Assembly (NCBI GenBank): GCA_024687185.1
Contig: JAILEX010000080.1
Span: 1-51,747 of the forward strand
Direction of reading: 5' to 3'
Length of the DNA: 51,747 bases
Source: Bacilli bacterium
GTDB lineage: Bacteria > Bacillota_I > Bacilli_A > RFN20 > CAG-826
Shown: piece by piece, positions 41,780-49,974 of the stretch
Position numbering within the stretch: the first letter of the stretch is position 1
Layout: every line of letters starts with the position of its first letter
Notes under the pieces: generated by a model
Databases searched by the model: none
Seen by the model: only the letters and a program-made list of their open reading frames with translations
What the model was told of the DNA's origin: nothing
Translations under genes and position numbers: made by a program

Positions 41780-42844
41780 TTATTCCTCCTCTTTCTTGGC
41801 GGGAGCGGCTTCGGCGGGCTTCTCAGCGGGCTTTTCGGCGGGAGCGGCTTCCTTGTTTTCGGGTTTGCCTTCTTTGCGGGGTCCGCGCTTTGCGGCATAG
41901 CGGGCAGCGCGTTCGGCCTGCATCTTGGCATGCTTTTCCTCACGGGCCTTCCTAGCGGCACGGACGGCGGCACGATGCTGTTCGGCGGCGATATCGGCGA
42001 CGCGGATGGCATCGGCCATGGTGGCTTCTTCGCCTTCATCGACGGTGTAGGCGACTTCGGTTAGACCGCCACGGGCTTCGACGACGGCGTCGGCAAGGGC
42101 GCCGATGATGAGCTTGATGGCGCTGGTGGCATCGTTATTGGAGGGGATGGGGAAGTCGACGAGATCGGGATCATCCGAGGTATCGCAGATGGCGAAGACG
42201 GGGATGTTGAGCTTGTGGGCTTCGGCAACGGCGTTGTGTTCAACGGTCGGGTCGACTAGGACGAGAGCGTTGGGGAGCTTACGCATTTCCTTGATGCCTT
42301 CGAGGTTCTTCTGGAGCTTGGCTAGTTCCTTGCGGAGAAGGGCGACTTCCTTTTTGGGAAGACGGTCCCAGGAGCCGTTTTCGGAATCGAGTTCGAGTTC
42401 ACGGAGCCTCTTGATACGGTTCTGGATGGTACGGAAGTTGGTAAGGGTTCCGCCTAACCAGCGGTTGGTGATATAGAAGGAGACAGAGCGGACGGCTTCG
42501 TCGATGACGATTTGCTGGGCCTGGACCTTGGTGCCGACGAATAGGACTTTTCCGCCACCTTCGACAATGGTGCGGAGAGCATTGTAGGACGCGATGGTGC
42601 GTTCAACGGTTTTGGCAAGGTCGATGATGTAGATACCATTCCTTGCGCCATAGATGAATTTGCCCATCTTGGGGTTCCATCTACGGGTTTGGTGGCCAAA
42701 GTGGACTCCGGCCTCCAAGCATTTTTTCATCGTGATGATGGGGGCGTTGGGATCACGGATGATCTGAGCCATGGTTTCCTCAGCTGGCGCGGCTTCCTCC
42801 GCGGCAGGGGCAGCTTCTGTTACCTTGATTTCTTCGTCACTCAT
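41780..42844 (-). CDS. rpsB: 30S ribosomal protein S2 (with N- and C-terminal low-complexity extensions)
   Basis: The core is MKKCLEAGVHFGHQTRRWNPKM...ITNRWLGGTLTNF. The start is MSDEEIKV at 42844, with GGAGG 8 nt upstream. The longer track ORF (to 42994) lacks an RBS. Confidence 0.93.
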   Translation of the reverse strand: MSDEEIKVTEAAPAAEEAAPAEETMAQIIRDPNAPIITMKKCLEAGVHFGHQTRRWNPKMGKFIYGARNGIYIIDLAKTVERTIASYNALRTIVEGGGKVLFVGTKVQAQQIVIDEAVRSVSFYITNRWLGGTLTNFRTIQNRIKRLRELELDSENGSWDRLPKKEVALLRKELAKLQKNLEGIKEMRKLPNALVLVDPTVEHNAVAEAHKLNIPVFAICDTSDDPDLVDFPIPSNNDATSAIKLIIGALADAVVEARGGLTEVAYTVDEGEEATMADAIRVADIAAEQHRAAVRAARKAREEKHAKMQAERAARYAAKRGPRKEGKPENKEAAPAEKPAEKPAEAAPAKKEEE

Positions 42845-42985
42845 TTTGGTGACCTCCATTTGTTTAAGCCTCCCTCGCTTCCAACAATCGACCACCCGTT
42901 CGCTTTTTAAGCCTAACTTCGGCCCGGCGGGAACACGGCATTGAATCCACGAGGTGCGTACTAGTCGCAAAAGCGACCAAGACGG

Positions 42986-43014
42986 ACTATACAAGTCTTA
43001 CGCGTAGTGCGCAA
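42986..43014 (-). promoter_or_regulatory. Putative rpsB promoter (implies a leader of about 135 nt)
   Basis: On the minus strand, TTGCGC (43014-43009), a 17-nt spacer and TATAGT (42991-42986) form the promoter. Confidence 0.45.
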
Positions 43015-43080
43015 GAAAGAATTTAACGTAGTTATCGAATTCGGAAAAGATATTGGGGTTTTGCAAAGTTTTTGGCAAAA

Positions 43081-43989
43081 TTATTTTTTTCGCTTAGGGA
43101 AGTGGGCGGCGTATTCGTCCTGCAGATCCTTTTGGGTCAGGTGCGTATAAATTTGGGTCGTATTGATTGATTCGTGGCCCAAGAGTTCCTGCAATAGCCT
43201 TAGGTCGGCCCCTTCGTCTAGCATCTCCGTGGCGTAGGTATGGCGGAGTTTATGCGGGTGTAGATGCAAAGAGAGCCCAGTAGTTTTTTCGATATTGGAC
43301 AAGATGTGTTCAAGGCCCCTGACGGTAAGTCTATCGCCTTTATAATTAAGAAATATCTCCTTGGGCCTAACGTCGTCTTTTCTTCTAGAAAGCAAGGTCG
43401 GCCGAAGCTCTTTGCCATATTTCCTAATCGCGGTTTCCGCTTCTTTGTCATAGCTTACGATCCTATCCTTGTCGCCTTTGCCCCTAACTCGGATCGTGTG
43501 ATAGGAATAATCGAAATCCTCAAACCTAACCTGCACGAGTTCGGAGGCCCTCAGCCCAGAGGAAAGCAAAAGGCAAAGGATCGCCTGATCGCGGAGCATC
43601 ATCTCGTCTTCGCGTTTTGCGTTGGCCGCAAGAAGCTCGCCCACTTCGGCCGGGAAAAGACGATCGGGGTATTTAATCTCTCCCTTTTGGGGGTCGATTT
43701 GCCTAAATGGATTGGAATCGATTTCCTCGTGTCTTTGCAAATAATCGAAAAATCCGCGTAGGCAGCTCAGCCTTCTTTGGCAGGTTCTTTTGCTTACGTG
43801 CTTTTGGCCTAGTTCAAAGGAAAGATAGGCTCTAATTAACCTAGGGTCCACGTCCTTATAAGTTTTATGCTGGGTAGATAAAAAGGCATCGAAACTACCC
43901 AAATCATGCGAATAGGCCTCGATTGTTTCCTCGCTATAGCCACGTTGGGCCCTTAAGTAGGTAAGGAAATCCTTTTCCAGATTATTCAT
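43081..43989 (-). CDS. xerC: Tyrosine recombinase XerC (CodV-like)
   Basis: The catalytic R (GLRASEL), H-x-x-R (HKLRHTYAT) and H...Y (LLGHESINTTQIYTH) are present. It lies in the conserved topA-trmFO-xerC context. Confidence 0.85.
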   Translation of the reverse strand: MNNLEKDFLTYLRAQRGYSEETIEAYSHDLGSFDAFLSTQHKTYKDVDPRLIRAYLSFELGQKHVSKRTCQRRLSCLRGFFDYLQRHEEIDSNPFRQIDPQKGEIKYPDRLFPAEVGELLAANAKREDEMMLRDQAILCLLLSSGLRASELVQVRFEDFDYSYHTIRVRGKGDKDRIVSYDKEAETAIRKYGKELRPTLLSRRKDDVRPKEIFLNYKGDRLTVRGLEHILSNIEKTTGLSLHLHPHKLRHTYATEMLDEGADLRLLQELLGHESINTTQIYTHLTQKDLQDEYAAHFPKRKK

Positions 43990-45277
43990 TGACCTTCTTC
44001 CAATAGGCCTCTATTTCGGAAAGGGCGAAGGAAGCGTACTCCTCACGCTGTTTCTTATCTACGTTGGGGAATAGCGCCCAGTTGGCATTCATGGGCGAGA
44101 AGCTCTTTTCGGGAGCGGTCAAAATATAACGGAGCAATGCGCCGGTGACGGTAGTGACGGGAACTTCGACAAAGGGGAGGCCAAGGGCCTTTCTTTCGGT
44201 GTTTATCGCAGCAATGATTCCACAGGCCGCGCTTTCCACATAGCCTTCCACGCCGCTAAGTTGGCCGGCGACGAATACATTGGGAAGCTTTTGGAAGGAT
44301 AGGTCTTCGTTTAGGCATCTAGGCGAATCGATATAGGAGTTGCGATGCATTAGGCCATAACGGACGAATTCGGCGTTTTCTAACCCAGGGATCATCGAGA
44401 AAACCCTCTTTTGCTCGGGATAGGTGAGGTTGGTTTGGAAACCGACGAGGTTATAGCAATCGCCTAACGCAGTATCTTGGCGAAGTTGGAGCGCCGCATA
44501 GGGATGATGGGTCTCATCGCTTAGGCCAAATGGCTTTAGCGGGCCATGGCGGAGGGTCTCTGCGCCACGGCTTGCAATGACCTCGACCGGAAGGCAGGCC
44601 TCGAAATAATGGGTGTCGAAATCATGGAGGAGGGCTTTTTTGGCGTTGACGAGCTCTTGGTGGAAGGCCAGGTATTCCTCCTTAGTGAAGGGGCAATTGA
44701 TATAAGCCTCGTCGCCTTGGGAGAACCTTGACTTGTAATAGGCTTTGGTAAAGTCGATTGAGTCCTTTTTCACTATCGGCGCGGAGGCGTCGAAAAAGGA
44801 GAAGGCACCCTTGCCCACTAGGTCGGTGATCGCGTCCATCAGCTTACCGTCGGTTAAGGGCCCGGTGGCTAAGATTACATTCCCGTCAGGGAACTCTTCC
44901 ACTTCCTCGTAATGCACGTGCAATAAGGGAAAAGACCTAAGAATTGCAGTGATTTCGGTGGCAAAACCATCTCTATCAACGGATAATGCGTTGCCTGCTG
45001 GCACCTCGGTTTTGGATGCTGCCATCATGGTGATGGAGCCCATTTTCCTCATCTCTTCCTTCTGCAAACCAGAGGCGTTGGAAATGAGTTTTGACTTCAG
45101 GGAATTGGAGCAGACGAGCTCACCGAAAAGGTCTGTGTGATGGGCTTGGTCATCATGGGCGGGACGCCTTTCGTAAAGGTGTACCTCATAGCCTTTTTTA
45201 AGCAAATAAAAGCAGGCTTCGCTTCCAGCCAAACCCGCTCCTATAACATGGAAGACCTGACGAGGGGCCTCGCTCAT
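43982..45277 (-). CDS. trmFO: Methylenetetrahydrofolate--tRNA-(uracil-5-)-methyltransferase TrmFO (Gid)
   Basis: The FAD motif VIGAGLAGSEA and FAGQLSGVEGYVESAA are present. The start at 45277 forms an ATGA overlap with the topA stop. Confidence 0.92.
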   Translation of the reverse strand: MSEAPRQVFHVIGAGLAGSEACFYLLKKGYEVHLYERRPAHDDQAHHTDLFGELVCSNSLKSKLISNASGLQKEEMRKMGSITMMAASKTEVPAGNALSVDRDGFATEITAILRSFPLLHVHYEEVEEFPDGNVILATGPLTDGKLMDAITDLVGKGAFSFFDASAPIVKKDSIDFTKAYYKSRFSQGDEAYINCPFTKEEYLAFHQELVNAKKALLHDFDTHYFEACLPVEVIASRGAETLRHGPLKPFGLSDETHHPYAALQLRQDTALGDCYNLVGFQTNLTYPEQKRVFSMIPGLENAEFVRYGLMHRNSYIDSPRCLNEDLSFQKLPNVFVAGQLSGVEGYVESAACGIIAAINTERKALGLPFVEVPVTTVTGALLRYILTAPEKSFSPMNANWALFPNVDKKQREEYASFALSEIEAYWKKVNE

Positions 45278-47445
45278 TTCTTCTTCCCCTTTTGGTTGAG
45301 CCATTCATGATAATGGCACTTCGGATAGTTGGTACAGCCAAGGAATTCGGCGCGCTTCCCCTTTTTGACAACGAGGGAGCCTCCGCATTTCGGACAGGGT
45401 TTGACGATGTCCAGTTTGCTATATTCCTTTTTGGGGGCTACTTCTTTTTCGGCGCCGACATCTTTAATGGAAGAAGCGGTATATTTGCATTTTGGGAAAT
45501 TGCTGCAGCCAATAAAGGTCGATCCCTTCTTGCTCTTTTTGAAAATCAAAGGAGCGCCGCAATCGGGACAATCCATGCCGACTTTCTTTGCGGGTTCTTT
45601 CTTGATGTACTTGCATTCGGGCCAGCCAGAGCAGCCGGTGAATTCGAATCCTTGCTTATTGCGTTTTCTAACCAAGGGCTTGCCACATTCTGGGCAAAGT
45701 TCTCCGGTCAGTTCGCCGTTTTCCCTTTCGGCTTTGGCCTTAGCGGCTTCATAACTCGCGTTGAATTTCTCATAGAAATCGGTCATGGCTGCTAGGAAAC
45801 CCAGCTCGCTATCGGCGATTTTATCGAGCTTGTCTTCCATGTCGGCGGTATAGGTGAGGTCGACGACATCGGGGAAATAGGATTCGAGGAAGGAAATGCA
45901 TTTCTTCCCCGTTTCGGTTGGCGTCAAAACACCGCGCTTGGCGGAGATGTATTTGCGTTTGATAAGCGTTTCGACCGTGGTGGCATAGGTCGATGGGCGG
46001 CCGATGCCGTTTTCTTCCATCGTTTTGACGATCGATGCTTCGTTATAGGGCGGATTGGCCTTGGTGAACTTCTGTTCGCCCTTTTTGGAATCGACGGGGA
46101 AGGTTTCGCCTTCTTGGATATCGGGCAAAGACACTTCGTCGTCGTCTTCGAATTCGCCATATATGGCCATAAATCCGGGGAAGACGGTCTTCGAACCCGT
46201 GAGGACGAACTCCAAACCGTTTCCTTCTAGAATAATCCTAGAGGAATCGGAAACCTTAGGCGCCATAGTGGAGGCTAGGGCGCGGCAATAGATGAGGCGA
46301 TATAGCTTAGCCTCATCGGGGGTGACGTATTTGGCCACGACTTCGGGGGTTCGGTGGGTGCCGGTAGGACGGATAGCTTCGTGAGCGCCCTGCTCGCCCT
46401 CGGTCTTTTTGCTGGCGCGTAACACCCCAACGTAATTATCACCAAACCTTTCCTTAATATAAGGAACGGCATGCTTCTCATAAAAATGGGGCGAAATACG
46501 GGTGCTATCGGTACGAAGATAGGTAATCAAACCGATATGTTCGGCGTTATTACCTTCGAATAGCCTCTGCGCCAAAGACTGGGTCTTGGCGTTGCTAAAG
46601 CCGAACTTGCTATAGGCAAGCTGCTGCATGGTCGAGGTGGTGAAGGGGAAGGCCGGATAGGTCTTCACTCCTTTGGTGCCCGTAACATTGGTGACGGTTA
46701 ATTCCTGGGGGATTCTAGCAAGAAGGGCGTCCGCATATTGCTTGCTGGAGATATTGGTGGCGTTTTTGTTCAGTTCGTCGATTTTCTTGGCAATCGGTTC
46801 CCCATCGACCTTGGTCAATGCCGCCCTATAGGTCCTATTACCTATTTTAATAGCGACATCAATGGTCCAATACTCTTGTTTTTTGGACTCGTAGTTATCG
46901 ATTTCCTCTTGCCTATCGACGATGAGGCGGAGGGCGGCGCTTTGCACCCTGCCAGCGCTCTTTAATCCTATTTTCCTTTGTAATAAGGTGGATAGCTTGA
47001 AGCCGACGATCCTATCTTCCATCCTCCTTGCCTCTTGGGCATGGACGAGTTCGACGTCGATCGTGCGGGGGTTGTTCACGCTTTCAAGGACGACGTCCCT
47101 GGTGATTTCCTCAAAAGTAACCCTCTTGGTCTTGTCTACGGGCAGATTCAAAACCTCGGCAAGGTGCCAGGAAATGGCTTCTCCTTCCCTATCAGGGTCG
47201 GTTGCGAGGATGACTTCTTCGGACTTCTTCGCTTCATTAGACAATAGGGCCACGAGCTTCCTCTTCTTGGTGGGAATCGTCCAAAGCGGACGGAAGTCCT
47301 CTTCCACCACGATGCCAAGCCCGCCTTTTCCGGACGTGGAAAGGTCACGGATATGGCCTTCGCTGGCTATAACCTTATAGTCTTTCCCTAGAAACCTGGA
47401 GATGACTTCTGACTTTGTTGGTGACTCTACGATGACTAACTTCAT
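45274..47445 (-). CDS. topA: DNA topoisomerase I
   Basis: The TOPRIM region is MKLVIVESPTKS...ATDPDREGE and the active-site region is ITYLRTDS. Three C-terminal C4 zinc-finger repeats are present (CPECGKPL..CSGWPEC, CPDCGAPL..CSNFPKC, CPKCGGSL..CTNYPKC). Confidence 0.95.
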   Translation of the reverse strand: MKLVIVESPTKSEVISRFLGKDYKVIASEGHIRDLSTSGKGGLGIVVEEDFRPLWTIPTKKRKLVALLSNEAKKSEEVILATDPDREGEAISWHLAEVLNLPVDKTKRVTFEEITRDVVLESVNNPRTIDVELVHAQEARRMEDRIVGFKLSTLLQRKIGLKSAGRVQSAALRLIVDRQEEIDNYESKKQEYWTIDVAIKIGNRTYRAALTKVDGEPIAKKIDELNKNATNISSKQYADALLARIPQELTVTNVTGTKGVKTYPAFPFTTSTMQQLAYSKFGFSNAKTQSLAQRLFEGNNAEHIGLITYLRTDSTRISPHFYEKHAVPYIKERFGDNYVGVLRASKKTEGEQGAHEAIRPTGTHRTPEVVAKYVTPDEAKLYRLIYCRALASTMAPKVSDSSRIILEGNGLEFVLTGSKTVFPGFMAIYGEFEDDDEVSLPDIQEGETFPVDSKKGEQKFTKANPPYNEASIVKTMEENGIGRPSTYATTVETLIKRKYISAKRGVLTPTETGKKCISFLESYFPDVVDLTYTADMEDKLDKIADSELGFLAAMTDFYEKFNASYEAAKAKAERENGELTGELCPECGKPLVRKRNKQGFEFTGCSGWPECKYIKKEPAKKVGMDCPDCGAPLIFKKSKKGSTFIGCSNFPKCKYTASSIKDVGAEKEVAPKKEYSKLDIVKPCPKCGGSLVVKKGKRAEFLGCTNYPKCHYHEWLNQKGKKK

Positions 47446-47459
47446 GATAAGACGGCTAA

Positions 47460-47488
47460 AATATAGTTAGAGTTTTTGCCCTTGTCAA
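47460..47488 (-). promoter_or_regulatory. Near-consensus promoter of topA with very short SD-less leader
   Basis: On the minus strand, TTGACA (47488-47483), a 17-nt spacer and TATATT (47465-47460) form the promoter. Only 14 nt (ttagccgtcttatc) separate it from the ATG at 47445. Confidence 0.5.
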
Positions 47489-47573
47489 AGTGTCTGGGAG
47501 CGCTATCTATACTATATAAATAAAGGATTATTTATAGAGGAATCTAAAATATTTTTTATCGTATAAAGCGCCC

Positions 47574-48365
47574 CTATTCATCCTTCTTAAAGCCCGCTTC
47601 GAAAAGCAAATCGTCGGCGGATTCAATCATCGCCGCACCGTTCCGGATGAGGGAATTATTAACGAATTCGCTTTCTGCGGGGAAGGGAAGACAGCCGGCA
47701 TCGCAGCCTACGTTGACGGCGGAAGCCATGGTAAGCAAAACGCCGTCATGCTTCTTGGCAGCGGCAACAAAAAGGAAGCTTCCCAGTTGTCCTAGTAGTA
47801 AGTTCCTTGCCCGAATTCCATCCACAGAAGGCTTTACACCATTCGGAAAAGGGCTTAAAACTAGACCCTTTTTCGCGATTTTGGCTTGGAGGCCACTAGA
47901 TTCTATAGGATAGTTTTGATCGAGACCATTGCTTAATACCGCAATACATTGGCCTACGGACAAAGCAGATTCCAAAGCGATTGATTGACAACTTCTTGAT
48001 AAGCCGCTAACAACGATGGCACCTTTCTTAGTCGCCTCTTTGGCGATGGTGGCCACCATTTTTTCGGCATAGGCGGAGCCGGAATCGTGGGAGCCCGTGA
48101 ACGCAATCATCCTATCTGCGTCTTTTAATAGCTCGATATCGCCTTGATAGAAAAGCACTAATGGCGGGCGTGGCGCATTGCGCAGGCGGTCGGGGTAGAG
48201 GTCGTCGAAGATGGTAAGGGCTTGACCCTCGTACTTCTTAGCGACGGCCGCGACCTCGTCGGGGTCAGGGAGATCCTTCTTTTCTCGAAGGGCGACGAAC
48301 ATATCATCCCACCTCCCTTGGTGGGTGATCGCGGTGTATAGCAACACCTGTTTTGGATTTAGCAT
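47574..48365 (-). CDS. dprA: DprA/Smf-like DNA processing protein (divergent)
   Basis: It occupies the position immediately upstream of topA. The Rossmann-like pattern is YPDRL...PPLVLFYQGD...IAFTGSH...IVVSGLSRS..IAVLSNGLDQNYP. Canonical ARGID and RNRIIAG-type motifs are degenerate. Confidence 0.65.
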   Translation of the reverse strand: MLNPKQVLLYTAITHQGRWDDMFVALREKKDLPDPDEVAAVAKKYEGQALTIFDDLYPDRLRNAPRPPLVLFYQGDIELLKDADRMIAFTGSHDSGSAYAEKMVATIAKEATKKGAIVVSGLSRSCQSIALESALSVGQCIAVLSNGLDQNYPIESSGLQAKIAKKGLVLSPFPNGVKPSVDGIRARNLLLGQLGSFLFVAAAKKHDGVLLTMASAVNVGCDAGCLPFPAESEFVNNSLIRNGAAMIESADDLLFEAGFKKDE

Positions 48366-48450
48366 GCATTTGCCTCCTTACTTAACTATTTCGAGATTTT
48401 TCGAAAAAGCGGACAAAGCAAGGGGGCAATAAATGCAGTTAGTCTCTATA

Positions 48451-48481
48451 AAAAAGAAAAAAGCACTGATTCTATCAGCAC
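48451..48481 (-). terminator. Strand-specific rho-independent terminator after rnhB
   Basis: The minus-strand RNA GUGCUGA-uagaa-UCAGUGC forms 7 bp, two of them G-U wobbles, and is followed by UUUUUUCUUUUUU. The plus-strand equivalent would have C-A mismatches. Confidence 0.6.
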
Positions 48482-48502
48482 TTTTTCAATTTGAGAAATT
48501 TT

Positions 48503-49123
48503 TTAGAATAATGTCAGTTGAACGCAATAGAACTTAGCCACCGGCTTGAAGCTTTTCCTATGGACCCCGACTATCGGACCATATTTCTCTAATTCTTCCA
48601 TATGGGCTTTCGTTCCATAGCCTTTATGAATGCCGAAAGAGAAGTTTGGGTACTTCTCCTGCAGCTCCTTCATGTACCTGTCCCTTGAGACTTTCGCCAA
48701 AATGGAGGCACCTGCGATATTCATACACCTCGCATCCCCTTTAATAAGAGGAACAACGGGCACATCATAGCCCGCGAGCGGCATCGCGTCGGTGAGAATG
48801 GTCTGATAGGGGACGCTTAATTGGGCGATTGCCTTCCTCATCGCCATCTTCGTTGCTTCATAGATGTTATAGCGATCGATTTCCTCGGCGGTGGAAAACG
48901 CTATGCCATAGGAAAGGGCATTGGCCTTAATCTCTTCGAATAGAGCCTCCCGTTTCTTTTCGGTCAGTTTCTTGGAATCGTTTATCAATTCGTTATGGTA
49001 ATCGCGGGGAAAAATAACCGCGGCCGCATAAACGGGGCCGGCAAGAGGGCCTCTGCCGGCTTCGTCTACGCCGGCAATCGCGACAACGGTATCGGAATAA
49101 TAGTTCTCCTCTTCCTTTAGCAT
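48503..49123 (-). CDS. rnhB: Ribonuclease HII
   Basis: IAGVDEAGRGPLAGPV, DSKKLT and ASILAKVSRD are present. Confidence 0.93.
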   Translation of the reverse strand: MLKEEENYYSDTVVAIAGVDEAGRGPLAGPVYAAAVIFPRDYHNELINDSKKLTEKKREALFEEIKANALSYGIAFSTAEEIDRYNIYEATKMAMRKAIAQLSVPYQTILTDAMPLAGYDVPVVPLIKGDARCMNIAGASILAKVSRDRYMKELQEKYPNFSFGIHKGYGTKAHMEELEKYGPIVGVHRKSFKPVAKFYCVQLTLF

Positions 49124-49974
49124 TGGACTTCCTCCAAGGAAATCCTGCCAAGAAGGCCGTCTTTGAATTCCTTAACCAGCAAATAGGCCGCTTTTTCCAT
49201 AGAGGGCCTATTGCCATCCAAAAGACCCCTAACGTTGGCGATTTCCAAAAAGACATCGTCGTTATTCATGTTAGAGATATCTTCGATTCCAAAACGTTCC
49301 TTTAAAGAATATGGATAGCTTTCCTTTAGGTGACTAAGAAGAGAGGAAGCCAAATCCTGGGTGGGCAAAACGTCTTCCCTCATGCTTCCTAGGAGGGCAA
49401 GATGCATGGCTTGCTCTTGGGTGGGGTAATTCATAGGCAGGATACCAGGGGTGTCCAATAGGGTGAAATCCTTATTGAGCTTGATCCATTGAGCGGCTCT
49501 AGTAACGCCTGCCTTATTGCCTACCTTTGCGGCCTTTTTGCCACCGATATTATTGATGAGCGTGCTTTTGCCAACGTTTGGGATGCCAATGATCATGGCG
49601 CGGATCGGCTGGGGCTTCATTCCAAACCTTGCTTCCTTTGCCCGCTTTGGCGCGACAAGGGGTTCGGAAACGCTTGAAAGGATGGATACAAAGCGGTCCT
49701 TCTTCATATTTCCCGCGACTGCAACAACGCCTTTTTCCTTATAGAAATCGAGCCATTTCTTGGTGACGGCATCGTCGGCACAATCGGATTTGCCCAAAAG
49801 AATAAGGCGGGATTTGTTCCCGCAAAGTTCATCTAATAATGGATTCCTTGAGGATTTGGGGGCTCTGGCATCGCAGATTTCGACGATCAAGTCTACCGTT
49901 TTAATGTAGTTTTGCATCTCACGAAGCGCCTTTTGCATATGCCCAGGGAAGTAGTGAACATTCTGCTGCTTCAT
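49117..49974 (-). CDS. rbgA: Ribosome biogenesis GTPase A (YlqF/RbgA)
   Basis: YFPGHMQKA and the circularly permuted GTPase order are present (DARAP..., LLGKSD, then GIPNVGKSTLIN, DTPGIL). Confidence 0.9.
   Translation of the reverse strand: MKQQNVHYFPGHMQKALREMQNYIKTVDLIVEICDARAPKSSRNPLLDELCGNKSRLILLGKSDCADDAVTKKWLDFYKEKGVVAVAGNMKKDRFVSILSSVSEPLVAPKRAKEARFGMKPQPIRAMIIGIPNVGKSTLINNIGGKKAAKVGNKAGVTRAAQWIKLNKDFTLLDTPGILPMNYPTQEQAMHLALLGSMREDVLPTQDLASSLLSHLKESYPYSLKERFGIEDISNMNNDDVFLEIANVRGLLDGNRPSMEKAAYLLVKEFKDGLLGRISLEEVQC

Noticed and set aside
41698-42039. 113-aa proline-rich ORF overlapping the rpsB 3' end and tsf start
   Set aside because: It is a frame-shifted reading of the K/A/E/P-rich S2 tail and has no RBS.
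43051-43068. Reading GGGGTTTTGCA as a sigma-54 -24/-12 promoter (GG...TTGCA)
   Set aside because: The GG-to-GC spacing is 8 nt instead of the required roughly 10-11 nt. The element also occurs in both orientations, including where no gene lies downstream.
43081-43989. Tyrosine recombinase as an integrase marking a mobile element
   Set aside because: It sits in the conserved chromosomal topA-trmFO-xerC(codV) context. There are no flanking repeats, phage genes or transposon genes, so it is the housekeeping dimer-resolution recombinase.
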